Source: Terriglobia bacterium (lineage in GTDB: Bacteria > Acidobacteriota > Terriglobia > 20CM-2-55-15). Taken from it: a stretch of DNA of 64,000 bases. The position numbers and the translations under genes were made by a program. Under the pieces are notes generated by a model, which did not search any database, was not told the origin of the DNA, and saw nothing but the letters and a program-made list of their open reading frames with translations. Location: contig CAXWPJ010000009.1 in the NCBI GenBank assembly GCA_963664115.2, positions 352,001 through 416,000 on the forward strand, read 5' to 3'. Within the stretch, counting starts at the first letter, position 1; each line of letters opens with the position of its first letter. Below are positions 31,479 to 41,231 of the stretch, one piece after another.

Positions 31479-32032
31479 CGGGGGGTTATACCTTCCGAGA
31501 AAACCGACGCGTCAAAAGCAAAAATCTGGGCCCCCGCCTTCCAGGCCTCGGGCGGAAGACCCGCCTTCTCGCAGGTCTGGGAGAGAAATTCAGAACGGTC
31601 CCAGCCGCATTGCACAGCCACCTGCGGAAGCAAGAGGCCTCTCTTACCATCTCTTTCGACCAACAACCCGTGTCGACCCACTTCAAGTTGATCGAAGGAC
31701 ACGACCTTTTCGAGAACCGACAATACGGAAATCTCGAACGACAAGGACTCGAGTTCTTCGATCATCACCGGCGCAAATCGCGAGTCAGACACTGCCGCCG
31801 ACACGGCACATTCCGCAGTCGTTTGATACAGTGGGCTTTCGGCCTCGATACGCCCGATGCAGCCACGGAGTTGGGCCTCGCGATGTATCGAAACGAACAC
31901 ACCGCACGGTACGCTCAAAGAATCGGAAGTAATTTCGGGTCTCCGGAAGGAGGCCTCCTCCAGATGGGAACGCACGGCTCCACGCGCGATACTGAGCAGT
32001 AGTTGTTTGTCCTGACTACTGAGTTGGAGCAT
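31475..32032 (-). CDS. AMMECR1-domain protein (AmmeMemoRadiSam system protein A)
   Basis: GVFVSI, LRGCIG, D.RF, EISVLS, GLLLPQVA, KAGL. Confidence 0.92.
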   Translation of the reverse strand: MLQLSSQDKQLLLSIARGAVRSHLEEASFRRPEITSDSLSVPCGVFVSIHREAQLRGCIGRIEAESPLYQTTAECAVSAAVSDSRFAPVMIEELESLSFEISVLSVLEKVVSFDQLEVGRHGLLVERDGKRGLLLPQVAVQCGWDRSEFLSQTCEKAGLPPEAWKAGAQIFAFDASVFSEGITPR

Positions 32033-32618
32033 GCCGACCCTGCCTCTTCTTCACGAGAACATGGCGGCGGCGCTCCTGCTGGGCCTTAAACCGATAGTCA
32101 ATCTTGGACCAAATGGCACGGAAGTATCCGACAGCGGACAGGATCGCAAAAAGGACCACCATCCAGAGCGCGATCTTTCCGGCAGCGTTGAAGAAAAACG
32201 GGTATTCACTTCCCACAATCAACAATGTAATCGCAGCGACTTGCGCAGCCATTTTCAGTTTGCCAAGTTCAGATGCCTCGATCGTAAAGCCCTGAGAGGA
32301 AGCAATGCTACGAAGGCCCATGACGGCGAACTCCCGACCGATGATGATGACGACCATCCAGGCCGGAACGATCTGAAGCTGGACGAGTGAAATGAACGCC
32401 GAAGATATCAGCAGCTTGTCGGCGACGGGATCCAGAAGCATTCCCAGCGTCGTAACCTCGTTCCTTGCACGAGCAAGATATCCGTCGAGATAATCGGTCA
32501 GGGATGCAGCGAGAAACACACTGGCTGCGATCGGAACGCTGTACTTGGTCAACAGAAGCGCCACCAGCACAGGCACGAGGAAGATCCTCGATAACGTCAC
32601 TGCATTAGGCAGATTCAT
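32016..32618 (-). CDS. pgsA: CDP-diacylglycerol--glycerol-3-phosphate 3-phosphatidyltransferase
   Basis: NLPN.VTLSR, TDYLDGYLAR, LDPVADKLL, GREF, GKLK. Confidence 0.93.
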   Translation of the reverse strand: MNLPNAVTLSRIFLVPVLVALLLTKYSVPIAASVFLAASLTDYLDGYLARARNEVTTLGMLLDPVADKLLISSAFISLVQLQIVPAWMVVIIIGREFAVMGLRSIASSQGFTIEASELGKLKMAAQVAAITLLIVGSEYPFFFNAAGKIALWMVVLFAILSAVGYFRAIWSKIDYRFKAQQERRRHVLVKKRQGRHAPTQ

Positions 32619-32717
32619 AACGTGGAGGCTCAGTCTATCAGATTTGATCATGAACGGACCACGTTTCAACGACTCAATCCGGGCGGTGGACTCGCCTGCT
32701 GTATCATGGGTGACGCT

Positions 32718-33752
32718 ATGAAGGGACTCATTCTCGCAGGCGGCAAAGGAACACGGCTCAGGCCGCTTACCTTGAACCTTCCTAAGCCGATCGTGCCCGT
32801 GGCCAACCGCCCCTTTCTTCTCTACCAGATCGATCTCATGAAAAGCGCCAGCATCGACGAAATCATCCTGAGTCTGTCCTATCAGCCCCGAAAAATCGAG
32901 GATCTGCTCAAGGACGGTGCGGATTTCGACGTGCTCATTCGCTACGCCGTGGAAGGTGCGCCGCTGGGCACCTCAGGCGCATTCAAGAACGCCGAGGAGT
33001 GGATCGAGGGCACCACGGTCGTGTTCAATGGAGATGTCCTGACGTCTGTAGATCTCCCCGCGGTTATCGCGACTCATCGCGAGAAGAAATCGGTGGCGAC
33101 TCTCGTCCTGACTCAGGTTGAAGATCCGACCTCGTACGGTCTGGTTGAATCGGATGCCTCGGGCCGAATTCACCGGTTTCTCGAGAAACCAGGCATGGAC
33201 GAAATTACGTCCAATACGATCAACGCAGGAATTTACGTCCTCGAACCATCCGTCCTCGAACACATGCCACAGGGAAAACCCTTCTCGTTCGAGCGCGAGT
33301 TGTTTCCTTCCCTACTCGCAAAAGGCGAACCTATGTATGCGGTCGTTTCAGATCAGTATTGGATAGACATCGGAACCCCAGGGAAATACCTCGAGGTCCA
33401 CCGCGATATTCTTAGAGGAAAGTTTAAGTCGCCCGCGATTCCTCCGACGGCGTTGACATCTGATGTCATTCCAGACGGTGCTTTTGTCGACAGCGCGTCT
33501 CTCGTGGGAGAGGGGGTCACGATTCGTGAAAACGTCCGCATCGAGTCATCGGTCATCGGACCCAACTGCAAAATCGATTCGGGTGCACACATCGTAGACT
33601 CCGTGATCTGGTCCAGTAATACGATCGACGCCGACGCGCGTATTTCTGGCAGCATACTGGCTCGCGGCTGTTACGTGGGTCGGTCGGCAACGCTCCAACC
33701 CGGGACCCTCCTGGGGGGCAAATCGGTTGTGACCGATTATTCGGTTTTGTAG
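32718..33752 (+). CDS. NDP-sugar synthase (mannose-1-phosphate guanylyltransferase-like, with hexapeptide repeats)
   Basis: ILAGGKGTRLRPLT..PKP, FNGD, FLEKP, INAGIYV, WIDIGTP. Confidence 0.92.
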   Translation: MKGLILAGGKGTRLRPLTLNLPKPIVPVANRPFLLYQIDLMKSASIDEIILSLSYQPRKIEDLLKDGADFDVLIRYAVEGAPLGTSGAFKNAEEWIEGTTVVFNGDVLTSVDLPAVIATHREKKSVATLVLTQVEDPTSYGLVESDASGRIHRFLEKPGMDEITSNTINAGIYVLEPSVLEHMPQGKPFSFERELFPSLLAKGEPMYAVVSDQYWIDIGTPGKYLEVHRDILRGKFKSPAIPPTALTSDVIPDGAFVDSASLVGEGVTIRENVRIESSVIGPNCKIDSGAHIVDSVIWSSNTIDADARISGSILARGCYVGRSATLQPGTLLGGKSVVTDYSVL

Positions 33753-33853
33753 GTGATGGGGGAAGTCTGAGAGTTGAACGTTTCCAGGTGCTGTAATTCC
33801 TGAGTTCTGCCCCTTAACTATTAACTCACAACTCTAAACTTCTTCTTTCATAC

Positions 33854-35260
33854 ATGACAATTCGTTTTGGAACTGATGGATGGCGGGGGATCATCGCGGA
33901 TGACTTCACCTTCCACAATCTGCGTCTCGCTTCCCAAGCGACGGCGGACTATTTTCAGACGATAACTGACCGCGAACGAACGGTTCTCGTGGGTTACGAC
34001 GTTCGTTTTCTGTCCCAGAGCTTTGCAAGCGCTGCTGCCGAGGTCTTTTCCGGAAACGGGTTTCGAGTCCTGCTGATGGACCGCCCGTATCCAACACCCT
34101 ACGTTTCGTTCGAGTTGCAGCGTCAGGGTCTTGTGGGTGGCGTCGTGATCACAGCCAGTCACAACCCGTCTGTTTTTAACGGCTTCAAAGTAAAAGCAGA
34201 ATACGGCGGAAGCGCGACGTCCACGATCACCCAAGCCATAGAAGGACGTTTAGGGAAGACCCCCGTTCGGACATCGACGACGGGCATCGAAACGATCGCT
34301 CCCTCCGGAGAATACTTCACACATCTACGAACGTTGGTCGATTGGGAAGGAATCGCCGGCTCAAATTTGCGAGTCGTTGTGGATGCGATGCATGGAAGCG
34401 GAGGGCGGTTGCTGGAAGAAATGCTGGCCCAGACGACGGTCCAGGTACAAACGATTCGTGGAGACCCCGACCCGCTATTTGGGGGCATCAGCCCCGAACC
34501 GATGATGCCTCAACTGGAACCGCTCGCCGAAGCGGTTCGCCGGTCGGGAGCCGCGATCGGCCTGGCCACGGACGGGGACGGGGACCGGCTGGGGGTGGTC
34601 TCGAATGAGGGGCGCTTCGTCCCCACCCTGCAAATACTGCCGCTTCTTCTGCTCCATGCGTACCGGCACCGTGGGTGGCGCGGGTCGGTGGTCCATACGT
34701 TTTCTCAAAGTCAATTGATTGGGCGAATTGCCACGCAACTGAGTCTGGATGTTGTCGAAACCCCCATCGGTTTCAAACATATAGCCGAGTTGATGCTCAA
34801 AGGTCCGGTTCTTATCGGAGGGGAAGAAAGCGGCGGCATCGGCTTGTCCCGCCATCTGCCCGAAAGGGACGGGCTATTTCTCCAGATCCTCCTACTCGAT
34901 CTACTCGCCACTACCGGCAAGGGGCTCACCGCGCTGATTGGGGACATGTGGACGGAATTCGGTGAGTTCCACTACCATCGGCGCGATCTCCACGTCGGGT
35001 CCGATGCCAGTCAGCAACTCATAAGTGCCTTAAAAGAAAAGCCTCCTAAGGATTTAGCCGACCGATCAATACACGAGATCCGGACGCTGGACGGCCTCAA
35101 ATTGATGCTGGAAAACGACAGCTGGATTTTGTTCCGGAGGTCGGGAACCGAGCCGGTTCTTCGGATCTACTGTGAGGCGCCTACAGAAACGGCCGTCACG
35201 GAAATTCTCGAAGCGGGCATCAATCTGGTGGAACAATTCGCCCCCCCCGGTGTCTCCTAA
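33854..35260 (+). CDS. Phosphoglucomutase/phosphomannomutase
   Basis: FGTDGWRG, TASHNP, TDGDGDR, GGEESGG, R.SGTEP. Confidence 0.95.
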   Translation: MTIRFGTDGWRGIIADDFTFHNLRLASQATADYFQTITDRERTVLVGYDVRFLSQSFASAAAEVFSGNGFRVLLMDRPYPTPYVSFELQRQGLVGGVVITASHNPSVFNGFKVKAEYGGSATSTITQAIEGRLGKTPVRTSTTGIETIAPSGEYFTHLRTLVDWEGIAGSNLRVVVDAMHGSGGRLLEEMLAQTTVQVQTIRGDPDPLFGGISPEPMMPQLEPLAEAVRRSGAAIGLATDGDGDRLGVVSNEGRFVPTLQILPLLLLHAYRHRGWRGSVVHTFSQSQLIGRIATQLSLDVVETPIGFKHIAELMLKGPVLIGGEESGGIGLSRHLPERDGLFLQILLLDLLATTGKGLTALIGDMWTEFGEFHYHRRDLHVGSDASQQLISALKEKPPKDLADRSIHEIRTLDGLKLMLENDSWILFRRSGTEPVLRIYCEAPTETAVTEILEAGINLVEQFAPPGVS

Positions 35261-35334
35261 TAAAGGCCAGCCTTTGGCAATTGCTATACTTGTGAAAACA
35301 GCCCCGGTGCAACCGAGGAGGCCCGTATCCGGTA

Positions 35335-35982
35335 ATGCTTCGTCCAGAGATATCTTATTCGGACCTTGAGTCGGCGGAAGGTCTGTCACCCGAAGAAGCC
35401 CTGTTCGTCCTCCGGCTACGATCCAATGAAGATAGCGCCTACGACGAACTGGTCCGAAGCTATCACGCGCCCCTCTATCGCATTGCGTGCCGCATGCTGC
35501 AGGATCCGGGCGAAGCTGCTGATGTGACTCAGGACATCTTCGTAAAAGTGTTTCGGAACATCGGACGATTCAGAGGGCGGTCCAGTCTCAAGACCTGGAT
35601 ATTTAAGATCGGCTTTCGAGAAATTCTGAACCGAATCCGCTGGTCCCGAAGGCGGTTCCGCCAATCCACGGTGCCGTTGGAGCAGCATGCCGACGGCGCC
35701 GCCGGAGTAAGCGCGCCGCCACAAATTGCCGACTGCGGCCTGACGCCCGAAGAGGCGTTGGAGAGAAGAGAACGCGCCGATTCCATCCAACAAGCGCTTT
35801 CGAAGCTCTCCCCGGAGCACCGATCCATTGTTGTCCTGAGAGACATCCAGGGATTTTCCTACAGCGAAATTTCCGAGATTCTTGGAGTTTCCACTGGAAC
35901 AGTGAAATCCCGCCTGGCACGGGCGAGGACGGACTTGAAGAAACGTCTCATGCGTTATCTGTCAGTCCATCGGATTGGTTGA
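35335..35982 (+). CDS. ECF RNA polymerase sigma factor
   Basis: Region 2 (A.DVTQDIFVK..FRGRSSLKTWI) and region 4 (LRDIQGFSYSEISEIL..GTVKSRLARAR). Confidence 0.94.
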   Translation: MLRPEISYSDLESAEGLSPEEALFVLRLRSNEDSAYDELVRSYHAPLYRIACRMLQDPGEAADVTQDIFVKVFRNIGRFRGRSSLKTWIFKIGFREILNRIRWSRRRFRQSTVPLEQHADGAAGVSAPPQIADCGLTPEEALERRERADSIQQALSKLSPEHRSIVVLRDIQGFSYSEISEILGVSTGTVKSRLARARTDLKKRLMRYLSVHRIG

Positions 35983-35995
35983 TGTGCTGATTTTT

Positions 35996-36066
35996 TGACT
36001 GAACTTGCTGACTGAACTTGCTGACTGAACTGAATGAAAAGAATGAACTGAATGAACTGAATGAAG
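35996..36066 (+). repeat. Short tandem repeat tract between sigma and anti-sigma genes
   Basis: TGACTGAACTTGC x2 followed by ~5 copies of a TGA(A/C)TGAAC-like 9-mer. Confidence 0.9.
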
Positions 36067-36099
36067 GTAGAGCCCAACAGTATCGCCAGGAAACATACG

Positions 36100-36810
36100 A
36101 TGAAGAAGTTGAAATCATTCTTGAGGAGTAAGGGGCGACCCACGGAATTGAATTGCAAGCAGGCTCAAAGACTGATGAGCCCTTTCATCGATTCTATGGC
36201 CACGCCCGAAGAAGCGGTACGCGTCGAAACGCACGTTACCGGGTGTGAGCCATGTCAGCGGCAACTCCAGTCCTACATATCGGTTAAAAACCTTCTGCTC
36301 AATGTCGAGGAACCGGCGGTGTCGGCCGGGCTGGTATTGGAAACGCGCGTCCGGCTCTCACATGAACGGACTTCCGATGGCCTCACACGATTGGGGACGC
36401 GGCTCGCGAATTCCTTGAAACCGGTCGCGCTGCCCGCCCTGCTGGGCACTTGCATGACATTTCTCTTTTTTGGAATCCTGCTAAGCGATCTTATAGCGCC
36501 TCCGATAATCGCATCGAACGAGGTTTCGAATACGCCAATAGCGTTGTATCAGAGTGTCCGGATAACCGATCCCACGTTGACACGTTTCGCCGATAACGGC
36601 TCGAACCTGCCGGGACCGTTGACGGTAGATATCCTGGTAAGTGGCCGCGGTCGGATGATCGATTACACGATTCTCTCCGGACCAAGCGATCCCGGCGTTG
36701 AACGCTGGTTAAGAGAATTGCTCTATTATGCGGAGTTCACACCCGCCAACCTTTTTGGTCGACCGGTAAATTCGAGAATCATCGTTTCTTTCATCGGCGT
36801 GTCGAGCTGA
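36100..36810 (+). CDS. Zinc-finger (zf-HC2/ZAS) anti-sigma factor with TM helix and TonB-C-like periplasmic domain
   Basis: HVTGCEPC (HxxxCxxC), TM segment VALPALLG..FFGILL, C-terminal GPLTVDILVSGRG..EFTPANLFGRPV; start uncertain. Confidence 0.8.
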   Translation: MKKLKSFLRSKGRPTELNCKQAQRLMSPFIDSMATPEEAVRVETHVTGCEPCQRQLQSYISVKNLLLNVEEPAVSAGLVLETRVRLSHERTSDGLTRLGTRLANSLKPVALPALLGTCMTFLFFGILLSDLIAPPIIASNEVSNTPIALYQSVRITDPTLTRFADNGSNLPGPLTVDILVSGRGRMIDYTILSGPSDPGVERWLRELLYYAEFTPANLFGRPVNSRIIVSFIGVSS

Positions 36811-37933
36811 CGACGACCGCGACCGCATCAGCAACCCTTTCGGCGACATTTCCCGTGCCCAGCTTCCGCCGTAGTTTCTCGTAGTTTCCGCGGATTTCGG
36901 ACTGCGTCCAGACGTCGTCCATCAGCTTAAGAGTTGCCTTAGCGACGTTTGCCGGCGTCATGCGGTCCTGATAGAGTTCCGGTACCACCGCTTCGCCCGA
37001 AATAATATTGACGAGCCCGAACATACGAACCTTCAAAAGGAACTTGCCCAACAACCAGGTTGCCCGACCAATTCGATAAACAATCACCTCGGGAGTACCC
37101 AATAGCGCCGTTTCCAGCGTGGCCGTACCGCTGGCAACAATCGCTGCCCTCGAATAGCGGATGGCATCGTAGGTGTCATCCCCTACCAACCGGATCGGCC
37201 GTGCACCCAGAAACCCCTGGACATAATCCACCGAAAGACCTGAGGCCACAGGAAGAACGAACTGCGTATCCGGCTTCTCAGCCAGTATCAGGTCCACTGC
37301 CAGGCACACGGTAGGTAGGATGTAGTGCAGTTCCTTGCGGCGACTCCCTGGAAGCAGCGCAACCAGAGGCCCGTTGTTTCTGAGTCGATACTTGGCAAGG
37401 AAGGCGCCACGGGTCATACGGGGCCGAACGGTGTCGACGAGAGGATGACCGACAAACTCGACGTCAATGCCCGCGCGCCGATAGATCTCTTCCTCAAACG
37501 GCAGAATCACGAGCATTTTGTCGACTACTTCGCGAATCTGACGGACACGCCCCGGCCGCCACGCCCAGACCTGGGGGCTGATGTAGTAAACGACGGGAAC
37601 TCCAAGCGCCTTCAACCGGCCTGCCAGACGCAGGTTGAAGTCCGGAAAATCGATCAGGACGGCAGCCGAAGGAGGGTCGTCTTCGATAAGACGGCTTAGT
37701 TTGCGGAAGACGCGATAGAGAGCTCCAACATGACCCAGCGCTTCGAAAGGCCCTACGACAGCCGTGCGTGTGATGTCGGCGACCGATTTTACTCCGGCCT
37801 CACGCATACGTTCGCCGCCGAGACCGATTACCCGGGACCCTCTAAATTTTCGCCCTAGCGCACGAGCCACCTGGGCCCCGTACATGTCTCCGGAGGCCTC
37901 ACCTGCAACGACGAGGAACTGCTTGGATGTCAC
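36791..37933 (-). CDS. lpxB: Lipid-A-disaccharide synthase
   Basis: AGEASGD, IDFPDFN, SPQVWAWR, ILPFE, VGHP, LPGSR, SGTATLE. Confidence 0.97.
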   Translation of the reverse strand: MTSKQFLVVAGEASGDMYGAQVARALGRKFRGSRVIGLGGERMREAGVKSVADITRTAVVGPFEALGHVGALYRVFRKLSRLIEDDPPSAAVLIDFPDFNLRLAGRLKALGVPVVYYISPQVWAWRPGRVRQIREVVDKMLVILPFEEEIYRRAGIDVEFVGHPLVDTVRPRMTRGAFLAKYRLRNNGPLVALLPGSRRKELHYILPTVCLAVDLILAEKPDTQFVLPVASGLSVDYVQGFLGARPIRLVGDDTYDAIRYSRAAIVASGTATLETALLGTPEVIVYRIGRATWLLGKFLLKVRMFGLVNIISGEAVVPELYQDRMTPANVAKATLKLMDDVWTQSEIRGNYEKLRRKLGTGNVAERVADAVAVVVSSTRR

Positions 37934-38247
37934 TGGATAATGTTCTGAACTTCGATGAGCTGCGGGATGGGGCCCGACACCCTCACCGTCTCGGCCCAAA
38001 TGAGCGTCCGCCCCTCCACACCAGCAACAACCACCACGCTGGTGTCGTCCACGGGAACGCCTGTAAACCCAAAAACCCCGTCACCGGACAGCTCAATGTC
38101 TTTCGCGATCACCATGTGCCCGTCAATCGTCCCCGAAAGGGAGTCCGGCGGAGACGCTTGTTGAACCCTCGCTCCAAAAGGCAGGGTCCACAATACGATT
38201 GCACCAAGCGATAACAGGCCGATCGACAGCAATCGCTTCTGCCTCAT
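37930..38247 (-). CDS. Hypothetical exported protein
   Basis: Signal-peptide-like N-terminus; stop overlaps the lpxB start (GTGA). Confidence 0.55.
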   Translation of the reverse strand: MRQKRLLSIGLLSLGAIVLWTLPFGARVQQASPPDSLSGTIDGHMVIAKDIELSGDGVFGFTGVPVDDTSVVVVAGVEGRTLIWAETVRVSGPIPQLIEVQNIIQ

Positions 38248-38276
38248 TAGATCTGCATATCGCCAATCATGTGGCA

Positions 38277-39530
38277 CTACTTCAGACGCTCAATCGAAGC
38301 ACCAACTGCAGACAAACGTTCTTCCAGCCGTTCGTAACCGCGATCCAGATGATACACACGATCAATCACGGTTTCTCCATCCGCCACCAGACCCGCCAAA
38401 ACGAGAGAGGCGCTGGCGCGGAGGTCGGAGGCGATAACGTTCGCTCCGCTTAAAGGCGTCGGACCTTTGACGACGGCCCTGGAGCCCTCGATTTTCACAT
38501 CAGCCCCCATTCGGACCAACTCGCTGGCATGCATGAAGCGATTCTCGAAGATTCTTTCTGTGATGACCGATGTGCCCAAGGCCTGTGTCATCAACACCAT
38601 GTACTGTGCCTGCATGTCAGTCGCAAACCCAGGGTACTCCTTCGTTACAACGTCCACTGCCCTGGGGTCGGAAACACTGCAGACGTAAATCGAGCGCCCT
38701 TCGGTCCTGATCTGGGCGCCAGTCGCACGCAATTTCTCGATGGTGTTCCCGAGGAGCGTTGGATCGGCACCCGTCAGTTCCAGATTGCCCCGGGTCATGA
38801 CACCTGCCACAAGGAACGTTCCCGTCTCGATTCGGTCGGGAATCACCTGATGACTGGCCCCATTCAAATTGGAAACCCCTTGAATCGTAATCGTTGACGT
38901 ACCGGCACCGTGGACTCGGGCACCCATCGCATTCAGCAACTCGGCAAGGTCGCCGATCTCCGGTTCGCACGCTGCATTGCGCAAGGTCGTCGTGCCATCA
39001 GCGAGTGTCGCGGCCATCATCACATTTTCAGTTCCGGTCACCGTAATCGTGTCGAAAAAGATGTCCGCGCCTTTTAATCGCTTTGCGCGGGCTTCAACAT
39101 ATCCATGCTCGGTTCGAACCTCAGCACCCAGTTTCTGGAAACCTCTGAGGTGGAGATCAATCGGTCGGGCCCCGATCGCACAGCCACCGGGAAGTGAAAC
39201 CCGGGCCTGGCCAAAGCGGGCCAACAACGGGCCGAGAACCAGTACGGAGGCTCTCATCGTTTTCACCAACTCGTATGGCGCTTCACACGAGTCCAGGGAA
39301 GCGGCCTTAATGCTGGAGGTGCCGTCGTCGGAAAGCGCAACATCGACACCCAGCTTTCTCAGGAGTTTGCAACTTGTTCGAATATCGGTCACAAGCGGAA
39401 GATTCTGAAGCTCGACGGTCTCCGCCGTCAGTAAGGCCGCCGCCATCGCGGGCAAGGCAGCGTTCTTCGCGCCGCGGAGGGGAACACTTCCCTCCAGGCG
39501 TGCGCCACCCGTGATCTTCAGTTTGTCCAT
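38277..39530 (-). CDS. murA: UDP-N-acetylglucosamine 1-carboxyvinyltransferase
   Basis: GAKNAALP, MRAS, LPGGCAIGARP, ENRFMH, DLRA, HLDRGYE. Confidence 0.98.
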   Translation of the reverse strand: MDKLKITGGARLEGSVPLRGAKNAALPAMAAALLTAETVELQNLPLVTDIRTSCKLLRKLGVDVALSDDGTSSIKAASLDSCEAPYELVKTMRASVLVLGPLLARFGQARVSLPGGCAIGARPIDLHLRGFQKLGAEVRTEHGYVEARAKRLKGADIFFDTITVTGTENVMMAATLADGTTTLRNAACEPEIGDLAELLNAMGARVHGAGTSTITIQGVSNLNGASHQVIPDRIETGTFLVAGVMTRGNLELTGADPTLLGNTIEKLRATGAQIRTEGRSIYVCSVSDPRAVDVVTKEYPGFATDMQAQYMVLMTQALGTSVITERIFENRFMHASELVRMGADVKIEGSRAVVKGPTPLSGANVIASDLRASASLVLAGLVADGETVIDRVYHLDRGYERLEERLSAVGASIERLK

Positions 39531-39795
39531 CTAATTCGACATCCGATTGCGAAGAAAATTTTCCAGGGCTTGATCACAGTCATCTCTTCTATATTCTAGT
39601 GCTCGCTCTGAGTGAAGTCGACGACGTTCGGATTTCAAAAGCCCGCGAAATTAGAGCCTAACGGGCATGTGGCGAATAACAGAAATGCGTCGGGGGCTTG
39701 ACCGAGGTGGAAGCGGTGACCGCTCCACCCTTGCTCGGCATGGAGAACCCTACGAAGCTCGTAAACTGTAAACTGCGGCGGCAGGGGCTTCAAAA

Positions 39796-41173
39796 CTATC
39801 GAGAAAGGATAACTTCAGCGTTATCGAAATCTATACTGACTCTGTAGTCCTTGAGAAAATCGTAACCGACAATTCCTGAGACTTCGATTCCAAGCGTCTG
39901 AGAGATCTCGTCCATGTCGATAGCGATCATCAATGGAAACGATGCCTGAGATTGGGCGGTCGAGAGCGTTACCGCAGGCACGGTAAGGGCGAGGCCGCTT
40001 TCACCGCCGATCCCCGCCAAGCCCAGACTGACGCCGGCTCCCGGCGTCTCCTCGGTAACGCCCAGAGCAGCGGCGGCCTTGTGTGAGAGAATCGAAGTTA
40101 CGGCGCCCGTATCGAGGAGAAACAGTCCCTCAAAATCGCCGTTGAGCCGAAGCGGTACGAAGGCAAGGTTGCTAAAAAACCATCCCGGAACGCGTTCACT
40201 GAGGCTGTCGTCCGAATCGGTGTCCACGTTGAATTCGATAATCGAGTCCGGATAGTCGATGGACACCAGTTCGCGACCAAAAGTGGCAGTACTGAAGATT
40301 CCGTCCGCCAGCTCCCCCAACAGGGGGTCCGACAAAGTGCCCACAGGCAAGTTCCGAACTTCAATCCCGCCGAAAGTCAAACTATCGATTCGGTAGATGC
40401 CGCTTTCCACACGACCATCCCCCCCCAATCCCGTAAATCAGGGTGGACGTGATTGGAGTGAGACCCAACTCCCCGAGCAGACGTTCTGTAAAAACTGTCT
40501 GGGAGGCACCGGTGTCGACTATGAATTCGAACGGCCCCTGGTCACCCACCATGACGCTCGCGAAGATCAGGTTCAGGCCCTGCGAGATGGTTATCGATTC
40601 GGCTGGCTCCGGCAGATCATAGACCCCCATCTGGACAGGACCGAAGTCGCCGATGACCTCCAGCACGGCTTCCACCTGCCTCAGCCGCTCCAGATCGTAG
40701 CTTGGTTCGAGAGCGACGTACGCCTCCAGTTGTCGCGCCTGTTCGGCGACATCTCCCTCATAGGCCCAGGCATCGGCTAACGCAAGTCGGTAGATTGCGG
40801 CATCGGGCTCTAGCTCCACCGCTTTCGACAGAGAATCGATCGCTTCTGTGAGCCTCATCTTCCCCATAAGAAGCTTTCCGACGCCAAAATGGGCACGCGC
40901 GGTGTTTGGATCGAGATCCAGGGCCCGCAAATAGTAGGCGCGTGCCTCCTCGAAGTTTGCTCTCCGAAACTCTATTTCTCCTTTAAAGGCAAGAACATCA
41001 GAATCTTCGGTTAATGCTTCGAGGATCAGGTCAGCCTCCTCGATGGCGTCGGCCAGCAACAGGCTGGGAACCGTATCGAGAGGGTTCTGGGGTCGGGCGT
41101 ACCCGAGGCCCACCGAAGAAAGCAACCAGAGGGACAAAATAGCCTTTGCTCGGTGGGGAAGCTTGCTTGACAT
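39796..41173 (-). pseudogene. TPR + tandem retropepsin-like aspartyl protease, split by a +1 frameshift at a G8 tract
   Basis: ORF 40382-41173 (signal, TPRs, FIVDTGAS) and ORF 39796-40428 (LLDTGAV, SGIVGYDFL) join as ..IYGIGGDGRVES.. if one G is removed from G8 at 40419-40426. Confidence 0.85.
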
Positions 41174-41196
41174 GGTATTCAGTCTCCGTTTAAAAT
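41167..41196 (+). promoter_or_regulatory. Sigma70-type promoter of the rplM operon
   Basis: TTGACA-18 nt-TAAAAT; the -35 box overlaps the start codon of the divergent protease gene. Confidence 0.65.
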
Positions 41197-41231
41197 CAGA
41201 GCTTTGCGTTAACCGAGGAGAGCGGCCAAGT

